Assembly (NCBI GenBank): GCA_014376695.1
Contig: JACMRA010000016.1
Span: 47,814-111,813, forward strand
DNA length: 64,000 nucleotides
Origin: Minisyncoccota bacterium
Lineage (GTDB): Bacteria; Patescibacteriota; JACMRA01
Direction: 5' to 3'
Below the pieces are notes generated by a model. The model saw only the letters and a program-made list of their open reading frames with translations. It had not been told where the DNA came from and ran no database searches. Positions 27,220 to 37,343 of this stretch are shown piece by piece. The position numbers were made by a program, and so were the translations under genes. How positions within the stretch are numbered: the stretch's first letter is position 1; every line of letters begins with the position of its first letter.

Positions 27220-27858
27220 ATGGCAACTATGTCTAATAATCTAATCACTCAACTTAACTGGCGGTACGCTACCAAAGCATTTGACCCCTCCGCAAAAATC
27301 TCGGACCAAAAACTAAATACTATTCTCGAAGCTCTTCGACTGACGCCGTCCTCTTACGGGTTAGAACCATGGGCATTCATTGTAGTCAAAGATCAGGAAA
27401 TCAAAAATCGTTTAATGACCGCCTCTTACGGCCAAATGCAAGTAGCCCAAGCCTCCCACGTGATAGTTCTAGCGGTAAGAACAGATGTTAATGACCAATT
27501 TGTCGATAATTTTACCAGTACAAAAGAACAAGCGGCTGGAATGCCAGCCGGAACTCTCGCGGCTTATAACGGAATGATTAAAGGGTCAATAAATTCATTG
27601 ACGGCGGAGCAAAATATCCAATGGCACAAAAAACAGGCCTATATTGCTCTGGGGTTTGCGATGGCAGCCTGTGCGCTTGAAGAGGTTGATTCTTGTCCTA
27701 TGGAAGGATTTGATGCGAGTCAGTTTGATGATATCCTTGGGCTTAAAGAGCTTAACTTAACATCGGCCGTCGTCCTACCTATTGGTATAAGGTCCGCAGA
27801 AGACAAAATGGCTATGGTACCTAAGTCAAGGCGAACAGATGTAATTATCACTAAATAA
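27220..27858 (+). CDS. nitroreductase-family NAD(P)H oxidoreductase
   Basis: N-terminal pattern RYATKAFDP..LRLTPSSYGLEPW; 212 aa. Confidence 0.7.
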   Translation: MATMSNNLITQLNWRYATKAFDPSAKISDQKLNTILEALRLTPSSYGLEPWAFIVVKDQEIKNRLMTASYGQMQVAQASHVIVLAVRTDVNDQFVDNFTSTKEQAAGMPAGTLAAYNGMIKGSINSLTAEQNIQWHKKQAYIALGFAMAACALEEVDSCPMEGFDASQFDDILGLKELNLTSAVVLPIGIRSAEDKMAMVPKSRRTDVIITK

Positions 27859-27878
27859 GTAGAACTTGCTTTGACTTT

Positions 27879-27909
27879 GCCTCACTCAATCGAGTGGGGT
27901 TTTGTTTTG
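27879..27909 (+). terminator. rho-independent terminator
   Basis: Stem GCCTCACTC/GAGTGGGGT followed by TTTGTTTT; 21 nt after the stop at 27858. Confidence 0.6.
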
Positions 27910-27989
27910 CAAGTGTACAAATGATTTATTGACAAATCTCAAAACTCTAACAACGATAACTATACTTCACCATAGTAGGAGTATAATTT

Positions 27990-29471
27990 ATGTCTAGCAG
28001 TTCACCAAAAAATACACTCAAAAACTTTTTTGCTTTATCAGCTGTTGCTGTAATGGTAATTTCCTTATTGGCAGGCAGTCTGCCTACGCTGGCAATTGGT
28101 CAATCCCAGCTTTATCAAGACCTAAAAGCCCAACTGCAAAAAAACGGGACCGTAGAAATTATGTCCCAGTTCGGAGCCGATGACAGTCAAGCTGACCTTA
28201 AACAAAATCCTACCAAGCCCTTTGGCGACCAAGAATCCCAAATCAAATCTCGCCTAGAAAAATCCCAAAAATCTATTGCCAAAAGTACCAAGTTTAATAC
28301 TTACAGCCCCTATAGTTCAACCACTGTTACAAGCTTAAGCGAGCTTAACGAGTTATTCGAGGATAGCGATTTAGTCCCAATTAGTGAGAATCAACTAAGT
28401 CAACCAGACCTAATTAATTCGAACACGGCCATGAGTACCGCCTCTCTCTGGAATTCTACTTCACCAAAAGGGAATACCGGGCAAAACAAAATTATCGCAA
28501 TTCTTGATACTGGAGTCAACTACAACCACGAATTCCTAGTCGGTAAAAAAGCCTACGAGGCCTGCTTTAGTTTCGTTGCAGTAAGCGCTACTCAATCGTC
28601 GCTCTGCTCGGCTTATCCATACGCAAGTACGGCTAGCGGTAGTGGACTTGATTGCCTTGGAGCTAGTGGTTGCAGTCACGGAACTCACGTGGCCGGAATT
28701 GCGGCTGGCAAAGATCCCATTTCGACCACCTCGCTAATGAACGGCGTCGCTAAAGATGCCAAGATTATGGCTATCCAGGTTTTTACTCAATTTAATTCTC
28801 AGACTGATTGTGGAACAAGGCCAGCTCCCTGTATTCTTAGTTATAATACCGCCCAAATTGATGCACTCAGCTACGTCAATACCGTTGCATCTAATTTGAT
28901 TACTACCGGAAGTCTTGAGCGCGTTGCCAGTAGCAATTTGAGCCTTGGTGGTGGTAATAACACCTCAACTTGTGATACCAATCCACTCAAAACTCGGATA
29001 GATAATTTGCTCACCAACAATGTAGCCACTACAATTAGTGCGGGCAATAGCGGGCAATTTGGCGTTGCAAGTCCCGCCTGTATTAGTAGTGCCATTACCG
29101 TGGGAGCCACAGATAATTCAACAGTCCCGGTTATTGCTAGTTTTTCACAGGCTCATCCGAGCTTGGTAGATATTTTTGCTCCTGGAGTTAGTATTAATAG
29201 TAGTATCAATTCTCTAACTAATAATGAGTATCAAAATTACAGCGGAACCAGTATGTCAGCCCCTCAGGTTGCAGGTGCCTTTGCACTAATGCAAAATGCC
29301 TTTCCACTCCATACGGTTAATCAAAATCTCCAAGTCCTAAAGGATACGGGAACAAGCTTTGTTTATAATCGAAATGGTGTTAATTATACTGGCAAACGAT
29401 TAAAATTCTGCCCAGATTATATTAGATCGAAAACCGGTACTAAGCCTTGGGTTTGTGTGACCCCCGTATAA
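27990..29471 (+). CDS. secreted subtilisin-like serine protease (S8)
   Basis: Signal peptide; triad motifs AILDTGV, HGTHVAG and GTSMSAPQVAG. SD AGGAG (27977-27981) lies 8 nt upstream of the ATG. Confidence 0.9.
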   Translation: MSSSSPKNTLKNFFALSAVAVMVISLLAGSLPTLAIGQSQLYQDLKAQLQKNGTVEIMSQFGADDSQADLKQNPTKPFGDQESQIKSRLEKSQKSIAKSTKFNTYSPYSSTTVTSLSELNELFEDSDLVPISENQLSQPDLINSNTAMSTASLWNSTSPKGNTGQNKIIAILDTGVNYNHEFLVGKKAYEACFSFVAVSATQSSLCSAYPYASTASGSGLDCLGASGCSHGTHVAGIAAGKDPISTTSLMNGVAKDAKIMAIQVFTQFNSQTDCGTRPAPCILSYNTAQIDALSYVNTVASNLITTGSLERVASSNLSLGGGNNTSTCDTNPLKTRIDNLLTNNVATTISAGNSGQFGVASPACISSAITVGATDNSTVPVIASFSQAHPSLVDIFAPGVSINSSINSLTNNEYQNYSGTSMSAPQVAGAFALMQNAFPLHTVNQNLQVLKDTGTSFVYNRNGVNYTGKRLKFCPDYIRSKTGTKPWVCVTPV

Positions 29472-29502
29472 TTAAGCTAGTTGATTAATTAAGCTTTGAT
29501 TT

Positions 29503-29532
29503 CCCTACTCTAACACAGTGGGGATTTTTATT
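29503..29532 (+). terminator. rho-independent terminator
   Basis: 7-bp stem CCCTACT/AGTGGGG (one G-U), 7-nt loop, then ATTTTTATT. Confidence 0.55.
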
Positions 29533-29869
29533 ATTCACCTTTCAGAAACCTCAAAGATTGTAAAGGTCTTAGCGTGTCACGAATTGTGGTATCTGCATTT
29601 GGCTGATATAGTACAAATGCCACCGATTGATCAGGTGTGAGAATTCTTGGATGCTTATTTTGACTTAGTGCTATGAGGATCAGACTACACATATAACTAA
29701 GATCTTCCGAATTTAATGTTATTCTAATATCTTCATCCTGCTGGATTTTGTTATATGGTTCAAAGTACCTAAAAGTTAAACTCCATAGATTTGGGCTTAG
29801 TAATTTTATATCTTTAAATACGCATGGTTGTTTTATCGGCGTTCTATCCATAAATAAATTAATTAGCAA
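29531..29869 (-). CDS. hypothetical protein (112 aa)
   Basis: Last gene of a minus-strand operon; 11-nt overlap with the upstream gene. Confidence 0.45.
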   Translation of the reverse strand: MLINLFMDRTPIKQPCVFKDIKLLSPNLWSLTFRYFEPYNKIQQDEDIRITLNSEDLSYMCSLILIALSQNKHPRILTPDQSVAFVLYQPNADTTIRDTLRPLQSLRFLKGE

Positions 29870-30731
29870 CTTGCCACAAAAAATACTTCCAACGGGTCAG
29901 TGGTGTAAGTTTAGTACTGGTTTTGACTTTGAAATCAGTGTCTATTAGGTCTTTGATTAGATTTTTTTCGCCGGCTTTGAGCAATTTGGTGTAGGCAAGG
30001 CTTAGAGATAATTGCATCTCGCCCTCGGGAATATTTTTCCAGATGTCTATTGTTGATTGCGACATTCGAGTACCAAAGGCCTGCATAAATAATATCGGCT
30101 TATCTTCGATTATTAATTGGTTAATATACTGGGCCGGCTTGTCGGTCAAACTCAAAAAATCCAGATGATCAATAATCTCTCGATAGGTAGCGGCGCTACT
30201 GGCAACTTGTTTCAGTTGACTTGGGTTCAAGCTTAGTTCTAGCCTTTGGGCATAGTCAGTTGCAAGTTGTGACAGGCTTTGCAAGTAGGCTTCTTTGGTT
30301 ACTTTGTCTTTGGGAATTTGTTGGTAATCGATAACTTGGATATTGGTGCCTTTGAGCAGTTTGTTGATGGTTGTACTTGTATCGTGGTTCAAGGAGTACA
30401 GGACCAAATCAGTGGACTCGGTCCGCTCTAACATAGCAATAGCCTCAGAGTTGAGTTCGAGATCTTGATAATCAATCAAAAGTTTAAGATTACTATTGCC
30501 CAAATCATCCGAGAATAAATCCGAGGTTTCACTATTGAGCGTGGCTTCCAAATCACTAAGCGAGGCTAATTTGTACCGATTCCAGTCAAGTAATTGATTT
30601 TTGTTATAACTCAACGAAGAGTTACCAACTTGAGCAAATGGTAGATAAGTTTGAATAAAGTCTTGCTCACTTCGCAGGCACAGCTGATAAATGACTTGAT
30701 CCGTAGTAGCGTTGAGGATTATTGTTGACAT
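29859..30731 (-). CDS. hypothetical protein (290 aa)
   Basis: ORF lying 4 nt downstream of the protease gene; no motif recognised. Confidence 0.5.
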   Translation of the reverse strand: MSTIILNATTDQVIYQLCLRSEQDFIQTYLPFAQVGNSSLSYNKNQLLDWNRYKLASLSDLEATLNSETSDLFSDDLGNSNLKLLIDYQDLELNSEAIAMLERTESTDLVLYSLNHDTSTTINKLLKGTNIQVIDYQQIPKDKVTKEAYLQSLSQLATDYAQRLELSLNPSQLKQVASSAATYREIIDHLDFLSLTDKPAQYINQLIIEDKPILFMQAFGTRMSQSTIDIWKNIPEGEMQLSLSLAYTKLLKAGEKNLIKDLIDTDFKVKTSTKLTPLTRWKYFLWQVAN

Positions 30732-30735
30732 AGGG

Positions 30736-31149
30736 CTAAACTTTTAGGCTGGAGAACCTGATAATTTCTTTTTCGAAGTCTAATTCAAAACGGTTAGCAA
30801 TTTCTACAATCATTCCCATCCCTATAAGGCATTCGTCATCTTCATCAATAATTACATCAACAACAAAAACTTGCTTCGCGAACGCAAATTGCAAATTGCA
30901 CTGACCAACGTCAACGGTGACTTGATCTCCATTACCTAATTGAACTTCTGTTTGTTTAAGGTTGTTATTAATATTAAGCTCCTGAGCCAAGCGTTTTGGC
31001 ATAGAAAGAAATCCGTCAAAACCAGTATCAATTAGAGCTGTTATCATTATGCTGCTCGAGTGTTCGCCATTTCCCGAAACGGTGCATTCTAGCGTAGGGT
31101 AATGGATTTCTAACAATGGCAGTTCTAGGTGATTGGATTGTTGCAACAT
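30736..31149 (-). CDS. retropepsin-like clan AA aspartic protease ('DTGF' type)
   Basis: 137 aa with motif ALIDTGFDGFLSMP. Paralog of 43319..43732. Confidence 0.65.
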   Translation of the reverse strand: MLQQSNHLELPLLEIHYPTLECTVSGNGEHSSSIMITALIDTGFDGFLSMPKRLAQELNINNNLKQTEVQLGNGDQVTVDVGQCNLQFAFAKQVFVVDVIIDEDDECLIGMGMIVEIANRFELDFEKEIIRFSSLKV

Positions 31150-31276
31150 ATTCTTGAGACTTTAGACGGAGTCGATTTTTTTTTCTGGCGGTCAAATCAA
31201 CTGTAATCACACCGTTATCTATGGTTACGATGGCATCCTTAGAAAAGTTATGCTTAGTGATTATCTTTTTAGACAT
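31028..31276 (-). CDS. small protein upstream of the DTGF protease (3' end uncertain)
   Basis: ATG 31276 lies 8 nt after a TTGACA-17-TATGCT promoter. As sequenced the ORF is 82 codons and overlaps the protease gene by 122 nt. An A9 run (31176-31184) precedes the overlap; with A8 the ORF would be 38 aa, ending at TAA 31164-31162. Confidence 0.45.
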   Translation of the reverse strand: MSKKIITKHNFSKDAIVTIDNGVITVDLTARKKNRLRLKSQEYVATIQSPRTAIVRNPLPYARMHRFGKWRTLEQHNDNSSN

Positions 31277-31284
31277 ATGCTGAC

Positions 31285-31313
31285 AGCATAATTTTAGAAG
31301 AACTATTTGTCAA
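31285..31313 (-). promoter_or_regulatory. sigma70-type promoter, leaderless geometry
   Basis: Read on the minus strand: TTGACA (31313-31308), 17 nt, TATGCT (31290-31285), then 8 nt to ATG 31276. Confidence 0.5.
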
Positions 31314-31421
31314 CTGGACAAAATCAAGAATTTCATTTAAGTGTAGTCAGTAAATCATTCGCGGGAGAAAACATGAAGTAAAGTTTTCGCTTTCAACAGA
31401 TTTACTATGCGAGCTCTTGGA

Positions 31422-32240
31422 CTATACCTGAGCGCGCATTTTATTAGCTACCCAATATCTATTTCTAATTTCTTTACCTCCATCCATTCGGTAACTGGCG
31501 ATGGCCTGTAAACCCGCACCTTTTAAAATATCCTCTATTTCTTGGTCCTCAAAATAATGCGAGTAGCGAAGCGTGTATTGACCCTCGGGCATATATTTAA
31601 CCCATTTGAGCAAATTATCACCTTTTTCCAGTTTTTCAATTTCTAGCCCTTGATAAATAGCTTGGGTTACAAAATCTGCCGGATCTAGACAGTGCTTGGC
31701 AAGCCTTGGTACATCGAGATACTGCCAAGTAGTCATCACAAAAAGCCCATTCTTGCCGAGGTATTTAGCCCAGTTATCGACTAATTGACTTCTGAGAGTG
31801 TGACTCGGGATATGGTGAATTAGCCCAAAAGCAACAACCAAATCAAAACTGTCAAAATCAAGTCCCAAACTATCAATAGAAGCCTCTATCAAATCCACCT
31901 GTTCAAATTTTCGGGTTATTTTGTGTATTGAACCGTCCTCAAAGCTTGTTTGATTAATGCTTTGATTCAGCATCGGGCGCGAAAAGTCCACACCAATATA
32001 CTCAATTTGCTTGGGAACATCTACCGGTAAATACTCCATCAAAAAATTAGCAAACCGCCCATTGCCACATCCTATATCAAGAACTCGAATCGACTTTTTG
32101 GGCTCAAGATATTCCAAATATTTGAGCAACTCAACCCAGCCCTCCCAATAATAATTGGGCTTAGGATTCCACTTGGAACCAGAGAGCTTATAAAATCGCT
32201 GGTTAAGCCGACTCAAAGTCTGAATAGTTTTTGGCGTCAT
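31422..32240 (-). CDS. class I SAM-dependent methyltransferase
   Basis: SAM motif VLDIGCGNGRF. ATG 32240 is chosen because the track start GTG 32333 would overlap the divergent gene at 32322. Confidence 0.7.
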   Translation of the reverse strand: MTPKTIQTLSRLNQRFYKLSGSKWNPKPNYYWEGWVELLKYLEYLEPKKSIRVLDIGCGNGRFANFLMEYLPVDVPKQIEYIGVDFSRPMLNQSINQTSFEDGSIHKITRKFEQVDLIEASIDSLGLDFDSFDLVVAFGLIHHIPSHTLRSQLVDNWAKYLGKNGLFVMTTWQYLDVPRLAKHCLDPADFVTQAIYQGLEIEKLEKGDNLLKWVKYMPEGQYTLRYSHYFEDQEIEDILKGAGLQAIASYRMDGGKEIRNRYWVANKMRAQV

Positions 32241-32321
32241 AATGTGCTTGTTGCTTATGAGAAGATTGATTGGAACTCGATGATTTGTCAATTCTAATTT
32301 AGTCTTCCAGCATATTAATAT

Positions 32322-33572
32322 ATGATTAAACACATTGAAATATTACCTGGCGTAATACTGGTTAACGCCTTTGACCTAGAAAAAAAAGAAATCAACAAAA
32401 GTACAGTAACCGTTTATTTTAGCACTGGCGGTAGATATTATGAAAAAGGCCGCCGAGGCGTGCGCCATGTCCTAGAGCATTGCCTTGCCAAAAATCAGCA
32501 ACAATATTTTGTGGATCAAGAATTAGCATTTAATAATATCAATCGAAATGCTGGTACCGGTCAATTTAGGATGAGTACAACTGCAAGCGGATTTGACAAC
32601 AGTGTAGAAATTCAGCTTAAGCTGTGTCTTGTGAACTTGAATTTTAATGATTATACTAAGAGTCACTTTGAGAAGGAGCGCAAAATTGTCCTAAGCGAAA
32701 TCAAACCAAAACTGCAAAGAGATTTGCGGGTAAAACGTGAGGAGTTCTATCGATTAGTTATAGAAGATTATAATGTAGTTGACAAATCAGTCCAAGAAGT
32801 TGTTGACGTTGAAGCTTGTAACCTAGGCGACTTGGAGCAAGAGTACGAACAGATCATATCTAGCTCCAAAATTATAATCAACGTAATGGGCGTAGAAATT
32901 AGTCCAGAACTAGTAAAAATGGCTTTTTTGGAAAATATAGAATTCTATGATAAGTTCAAATCCTCCCAGAATAAAATAATTGGCAGACAAAAAACTAAAA
33001 TGATCTGTGTCGCCAATCAGCATTTTCAACACGAGGCGCTGGCTAGTACCATTTCCCTTGAGTATAGTTTTAACAATTTTGATAAGAGATTTCGAAAATT
33101 TGAGGCGCTCCTTAGCAGCTATTTATGTTATCCAGTCTTTGGTAAATTAGACAAGCGGCTTCGCCAGCAATTAAATTATCTTTATGGCGTGAGCTTTGGT
33201 GCTGATAGTAATATGGATACTTATTCAATCAGTTTTGATATTGAGGAGGTAAATTTGGAAGATTGTTTGCTCGAATTAAAAAAAGTTCTAGAAAATTTAG
33301 TCACCGAATTCGAACCCGAATTATTTAATGGATTAACAAAAAGAATACTCACCGAACTTCGCTACCGAAATACCTTAGCAAGCGGGCAGAATGCAATATT
33401 TATGAGTTCTCTTTTAGACGGGGACGCTGAAATTGAATCTATTGATGATCTTATCAAGTTTTATGAAGCTGTTACAGAAGATGAATTCAAAGTCCAGTTA
33501 CAAACCTTGGCCAACTCGCTTCTTAAGGATGGGATTTACCTTACCGAAAGCAAGGTTCCTGTAAGTTTGTAA
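32322..33572 (+). CDS. M16 (pitrilysin/insulinase) family peptidase
   Basis: Inverted zinc motif HxxEH (HVLEH) near the N-terminus; 416 aa. TTGTCA 32285-32290 lies 37 nt upstream of the ATG. Confidence 0.65.
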   Translation: MIKHIEILPGVILVNAFDLEKKEINKSTVTVYFSTGGRYYEKGRRGVRHVLEHCLAKNQQQYFVDQELAFNNINRNAGTGQFRMSTTASGFDNSVEIQLKLCLVNLNFNDYTKSHFEKERKIVLSEIKPKLQRDLRVKREEFYRLVIEDYNVVDKSVQEVVDVEACNLGDLEQEYEQIISSSKIIINVMGVEISPELVKMAFLENIEFYDKFKSSQNKIIGRQKTKMICVANQHFQHEALASTISLEYSFNNFDKRFRKFEALLSSYLCYPVFGKLDKRLRQQLNYLYGVSFGADSNMDTYSISFDIEEVNLEDCLLELKKVLENLVTEFEPELFNGLTKRILTELRYRNTLASGQNAIFMSSLLDGDAEIESIDDLIKFYEAVTEDEFKVQLQTLANSLLKDGIYLTESKVPVSL

Positions 33573-33581
33573 ATGGGTTAA

Positions 33582-35066
33582 TTACTCACTTCGAAGGACA
33601 TCGACGGGGTTTTGTCGAGCAGCTTTGATAGCTGGAGCCAGTCCCGAAATGGCCGTAACAACCACGGCCAAAATAAGACAACCTAATAAAAGCCACCAAC
33701 TAAAACTTGGGTTAAATTCTTTTATATTAAGGCCTGCTAGGTTTTTTTGCCAGTCGGGATTGTTACTACTATACAAATTGAAGAGTTTGGCTATGCCTAG
33801 TCCGCTCGCAACCGCTAATAAGACTCCAAACAACCAACCTAAGAAGCCAAGTAAAATACTCTCAAACAAAAAAATCATAAAGATGTCCCAGTTTCTAGCT
33901 CCCAAGGCCTTGAGGACGCCAATTTCTTTTTGACGCTCGAGTACCGAAATGGCCATAACATTAACAATCCCGAAGATGCTGGCAATCATAGCAATCAATC
34001 CAAATCCAGACAAAACTACTGTTAATCCTGCAAAAAAGGCGGTAACACCAGTAAGAATACCTTCAAGAATCGAAAATCCAAGTAGCTTATTATTGGCAAG
34101 AATTTCCTTTGAACTGGCTAGTGAATCATAGCTCTTGAGAAATCCTGTAACTTGCAAGGTCCCAAAATCTTTGTCATTTAAATTTGGATTGTTGGTCCTC
34201 ATTGTTTGGTAGTAGTTAGCAATGTCCATATAAGAACTTGAGCCAGCCAAGAAACTGTCTTGGCGATCGTCAATGACCGAGGTTATCTTAAATTTAGCAG
34301 TTCGATTGGTGTTATTGATTTTGTTTTGCCGCGTGAGATTGGCGGTTTCATAGGTAGTTCCAGGTTTATACAGATTAGGAGCGAAGACAAAGTCAAGGCT
34401 AATTGACTGTCCCAGCATTTCTTTCGGTTCTTTGTAACCAAGTTTTTGGCCAAGGTCGTCGCACTTGAAACACAGGACAATTTCATTTTGGGCAGGTTTG
34501 GTTGTTTGCCCGAGCCAATTATCTTTTTTGGATAAATATAGGCTTTCGAACACAAAACTACTAAAGGTCAGGGTTGTACATTTGGCTAGATCTTCTTTGG
34601 TTTTTTCTGGATTTTCAATTGGTTTGGGTTGAGCGTTTTTGTCTGTTTCGCCCGTGCTTAGCTTGTTAATATTATAACACCGATCAGCCTTTCCAGTTAG
34701 ATCCAAGACGGTTTTAAGTCCGCCGTTAGCTATTGCTAAATCTGGTTGAATGTCAATTATGTTCGGGTCTTTGGCTGATATCTTTTTTATGTCATCTTGA
34801 CCTAGGGCGACAAATTTTGGAGCTTGACCAGCTCCTGGATTAAAAAAACTAGTTTGACCATCTTCTCGCGAAAAGATAGAAATTTCTCGGGCGGAGGCCT
34901 GACTGTTAAGTGCTGTCGTAATAGTTCCAAGAACGCCGGTAGATAGAGAGGTAGTCAGCACTATTGCCCAAATACCAACCATTATCCCACCGCTAGCTAG
35001 AATAAACCTGCCCCATTTGGTAATTAATTGCCTTGATAGAATTTTGGTGTAGATTGAAAGTTTCAT
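33582..35066 (-). CDS. ABC transporter permease (FtsX/MacB type)
   Basis: N-terminal TM helix, a large extracytoplasmic domain and three C-terminal TM helices. Lies directly downstream of the ATPase gene. Confidence 0.75.
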   Translation of the reverse strand: MKLSIYTKILSRQLITKWGRFILASGGIMVGIWAIVLTTSLSTGVLGTITTALNSQASAREISIFSREDGQTSFFNPGAGQAPKFVALGQDDIKKISAKDPNIIDIQPDLAIANGGLKTVLDLTGKADRCYNINKLSTGETDKNAQPKPIENPEKTKEDLAKCTTLTFSSFVFESLYLSKKDNWLGQTTKPAQNEIVLCFKCDDLGQKLGYKEPKEMLGQSISLDFVFAPNLYKPGTTYETANLTRQNKINNTNRTAKFKITSVIDDRQDSFLAGSSSYMDIANYYQTMRTNNPNLNDKDFGTLQVTGFLKSYDSLASSKEILANNKLLGFSILEGILTGVTAFFAGLTVVLSGFGLIAMIASIFGIVNVMAISVLERQKEIGVLKALGARNWDIFMIFLFESILLGFLGWLFGVLLAVASGLGIAKLFNLYSSNNPDWQKNLAGLNIKEFNPSFSWWLLLGCLILAVVVTAISGLAPAIKAARQNPVDVLRSE

Positions 35067-35072
35067 AGTAAT

Positions 35073-35744
35073 TTAGTTGTTTGGCTTGCTTGTTGATAAT
35101 ATTCCGTCCTCGATAGTGATCAAATCAGTGGCAATAGATTTGAACTCGGGGTTGTGAGTTACCATAATAATAGTTAGGCCAGACTGGTGGAGTTTTTGGA
35201 GAATCTCAGTTACTTGAGTTTCGTTCTGCTTATCCAAGGCACCCGTCGGTTCATCACAAAAAAGAATGCTCGGCCGTCCGATTAAACTCCTGGCGATAGC
35301 TACTCGCTGCTTTTCTCCACCTGATAGGGTTTTTATATTGGCGTGCTGTCTATGGGTTAGTCCGAATTGAGTTAATAATTCATTAACATAATTGTCATCT
35401 GGGGTTTTACCAGAAGCCCAGCAACCCATTTGGATATTTTCAACCACATTAAGATTAGGTAAAAGATTATACGCCTGAAAAATGATCCCGATGCTAGAGC
35501 GGTATTGAGCCAGTTTCCCCGCTTTGGCCTGGGAGAGATCTTGGCCGTTGATTATAATCTGTCCACTGGTTACTTTGTCGAGACCAGCAAGCAAGCTCAA
35601 AAGAGTAGATTTACCGCTACCACTTCGACCGAGTATGAGCGAGAAAGAGCCTTGTTCAATATCTAGATCAATATCTTTGAGGGCGATGGTTGGGTTTTTT
35701 TTGGTCCCAAAAGTTTTGGTGACGTTTTTTAATTGAATTAACAT
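35073..35744 (-). CDS. ABC transporter ATP-binding protein (MacB/LolD type)
   Basis: Walker A GRSGSGKST, signature LSGGEKQR and Walker B ILFCDEP. Confidence 0.9.
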   Translation of the reverse strand: MLIQLKNVTKTFGTKKNPTIALKDIDLDIEQGSFSLILGRSGSGKSTLLSLLAGLDKVTSGQIIINGQDLSQAKAGKLAQYRSSIGIIFQAYNLLPNLNVVENIQMGCWASGKTPDDNYVNELLTQFGLTHRQHANIKTLSGGEKQRVAIARSLIGRPSILFCDEPTGALDKQNETQVTEILQKLHQSGLTIIMVTHNPEFKSIATDLITIEDGILSTSKPNN

Positions 35745-35792
35745 AAAGTTTTAAATTTAGTTTAAATTGGCAGTTAATTTTGGTTCAAAAAA

Positions 35793-37217
35793 CTAGGCGC
35801 TCCAGTTTTCCCGTACTTTGTCCCAGACTGGGCCTCTTCGGCATAGTAATCTGGCATCGTGGGGATTTGCCAAGAGGTGTTCGCTGACTAGCTCCAAAAA
35901 GATAGTGTTTTGAGATCCTTTGACCCAAAACCAGCTATTCGGTCTAATTAAATCTAGGTTTAGGTTTTGTTTGATCGCTCCCGCCGTATCAAAAACCCTC
36001 CAATTGGCTTGTCTGTACCGTATCCATCGAAACCTATCGACTGTGTTAATTTTGAGGATTTGATCTTGATCGAGGGAGTGCCAGCTTGTCCCAATAAGAA
36101 TAATTTCGTTAATATAATCAGAGTACTTTTTGCTGATCTCGATTAATTGGTCCAATACTTGACTGTGGAGCTTGGAACTAATTTGCCCGAGTTCTCGCAT
36201 TTCTCCAAGAATAATCGTATGAGTTGGTGCCATTGTTAGGCGTGAGGTTTCGCGGTTATCACTATTTTGGTAGTATTCTATCACTTCGACAAGGTTCTCG
36301 AGGAATTTCTCGACCGAGGCCGGATCGCTGTTGTAACTACTGTCAATTATTGTCGAATTATATCTGCCTGTAAGGCGACTAAATCTACCTGCGGGTAGCT
36401 CAAAATTAGAGAGGCTTCGATTAATTAATTCGGGGTTAAGTTTGAAAAGCTGGCCAACCTGGATAATATTATCAATAAAAACTCCAAAAGTCATTGGAAG
36501 CAAATAACGCGTATCCATCTGCACCCCACCAACCATTAGTCCAAAATTTGGGGAGCGAACTGTGTTGGAACTGGTGGTCAAAGTTTGGATAGTTTGGGGA
36601 ATTAGAACCAGTTTTGGCTTTTTTGGCAGGAGAGTTAACTGTTCGAGAGCGATATTTTTGAGCAGTTTTGAGATATTAGGATCTTCCATTTCGGTGATAA
36701 GTCCTTGATTAAGATGCGGCTTGAGCAGGTTATAAGTTGCCATATCCAAATTATGCCCGTCAAAGCCGCCACTATGTTCCCATGCAATATTAGTACATAT
36801 CAAGACATCTATCCTACGGAATAAATCAACAAAATTTTGACTTTCGCCTTGGGTATCGTAGCCAATCTCATAGATTAAAATTGATTTTTTGTTTAACTTA
36901 GGCGGAAATAAGAACCCAGCCACAAAAAGTTTGAAATAGAAACCCGACACAGTGATAAATTTAGACCAAGAACCAGAATTCTCGAGGTTAAAATCGATCT
37001 TAAGAAAACTCATACCAATCCCGGCTAGAGAATTGAGACCTCGACTCAAACTGGTCCCGCTTATAACTTTATATTCTTGAGCCTCGAATACTTGATTAAG
37101 CAAGAGAGTTTGGGAGCTTTTGCCGACATTACCAAGTACCAAAATAACCGGTAAATTAGGATAGCGAGATAGTAATTGTTTGGTTAGAAACTTGAGAATA
37201 CGATTAGCAGGACTCAT
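35793..37217 (-). CDS. Mur ligase family protein (MurF-like)
   Basis: GNVGKSS (P-loop-like), TNIAWEHSG and IDSSYNSDP (compare MurF DDxYNANP). Confidence 0.55.
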   Translation of the reverse strand: MSPANRILKFLTKQLLSRYPNLPVILVLGNVGKSSQTLLLNQVFEAQEYKVISGTSLSRGLNSLAGIGMSFLKIDFNLENSGSWSKFITVSGFYFKLFVAGFLFPPKLNKKSILIYEIGYDTQGESQNFVDLFRRIDVLICTNIAWEHSGGFDGHNLDMATYNLLKPHLNQGLITEMEDPNISKLLKNIALEQLTLLPKKPKLVLIPQTIQTLTTSSNTVRSPNFGLMVGGVQMDTRYLLPMTFGVFIDNIIQVGQLFKLNPELINRSLSNFELPAGRFSRLTGRYNSTIIDSSYNSDPASVEKFLENLVEVIEYYQNSDNRETSRLTMAPTHTIILGEMRELGQISSKLHSQVLDQLIEISKKYSDYINEIILIGTSWHSLDQDQILKINTVDRFRWIRYRQANWRVFDTAGAIKQNLNLDLIRPNSWFWVKGSQNTIFLELVSEHLLANPHDARLLCRRGPVWDKVRENWSA

Positions 37218-37272
37218 AAAAAGATACTTAACAGATACTCGAAGTATGTTACTAACAACCTATATTTGTCAA

Positions 37273-37297
37273 TAAAAAACCTCTTAATAGTTAGAGG
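37273..37297 (-). terminator. weak rho-independent terminator
   Basis: Read on the minus strand: CCTCT..AGAGG stem followed by TTTTTTATT, downstream of the gene ending at 37344. Confidence 0.35.
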
Positions 37298-37343
37298 TTA
37301 ATTACAAAAATATGATGATTTGAGATTGGAGCTACTTATCCAC

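Noticed and set aside
33625-34555. ORFs inside the ABC permease gene: antisense ones (33625..33933, 33949..34131) and a same-strand alternative-frame one (34283..34555). Similar ORFs occur inside the P-type ATPases (4939..5121, 57613..58896) and leuS (13966..14223, 15028..15387, 16149..16927).
   Set aside because: All overlap long ORFs that carry unambiguous family motifs, and they have no independent signals.
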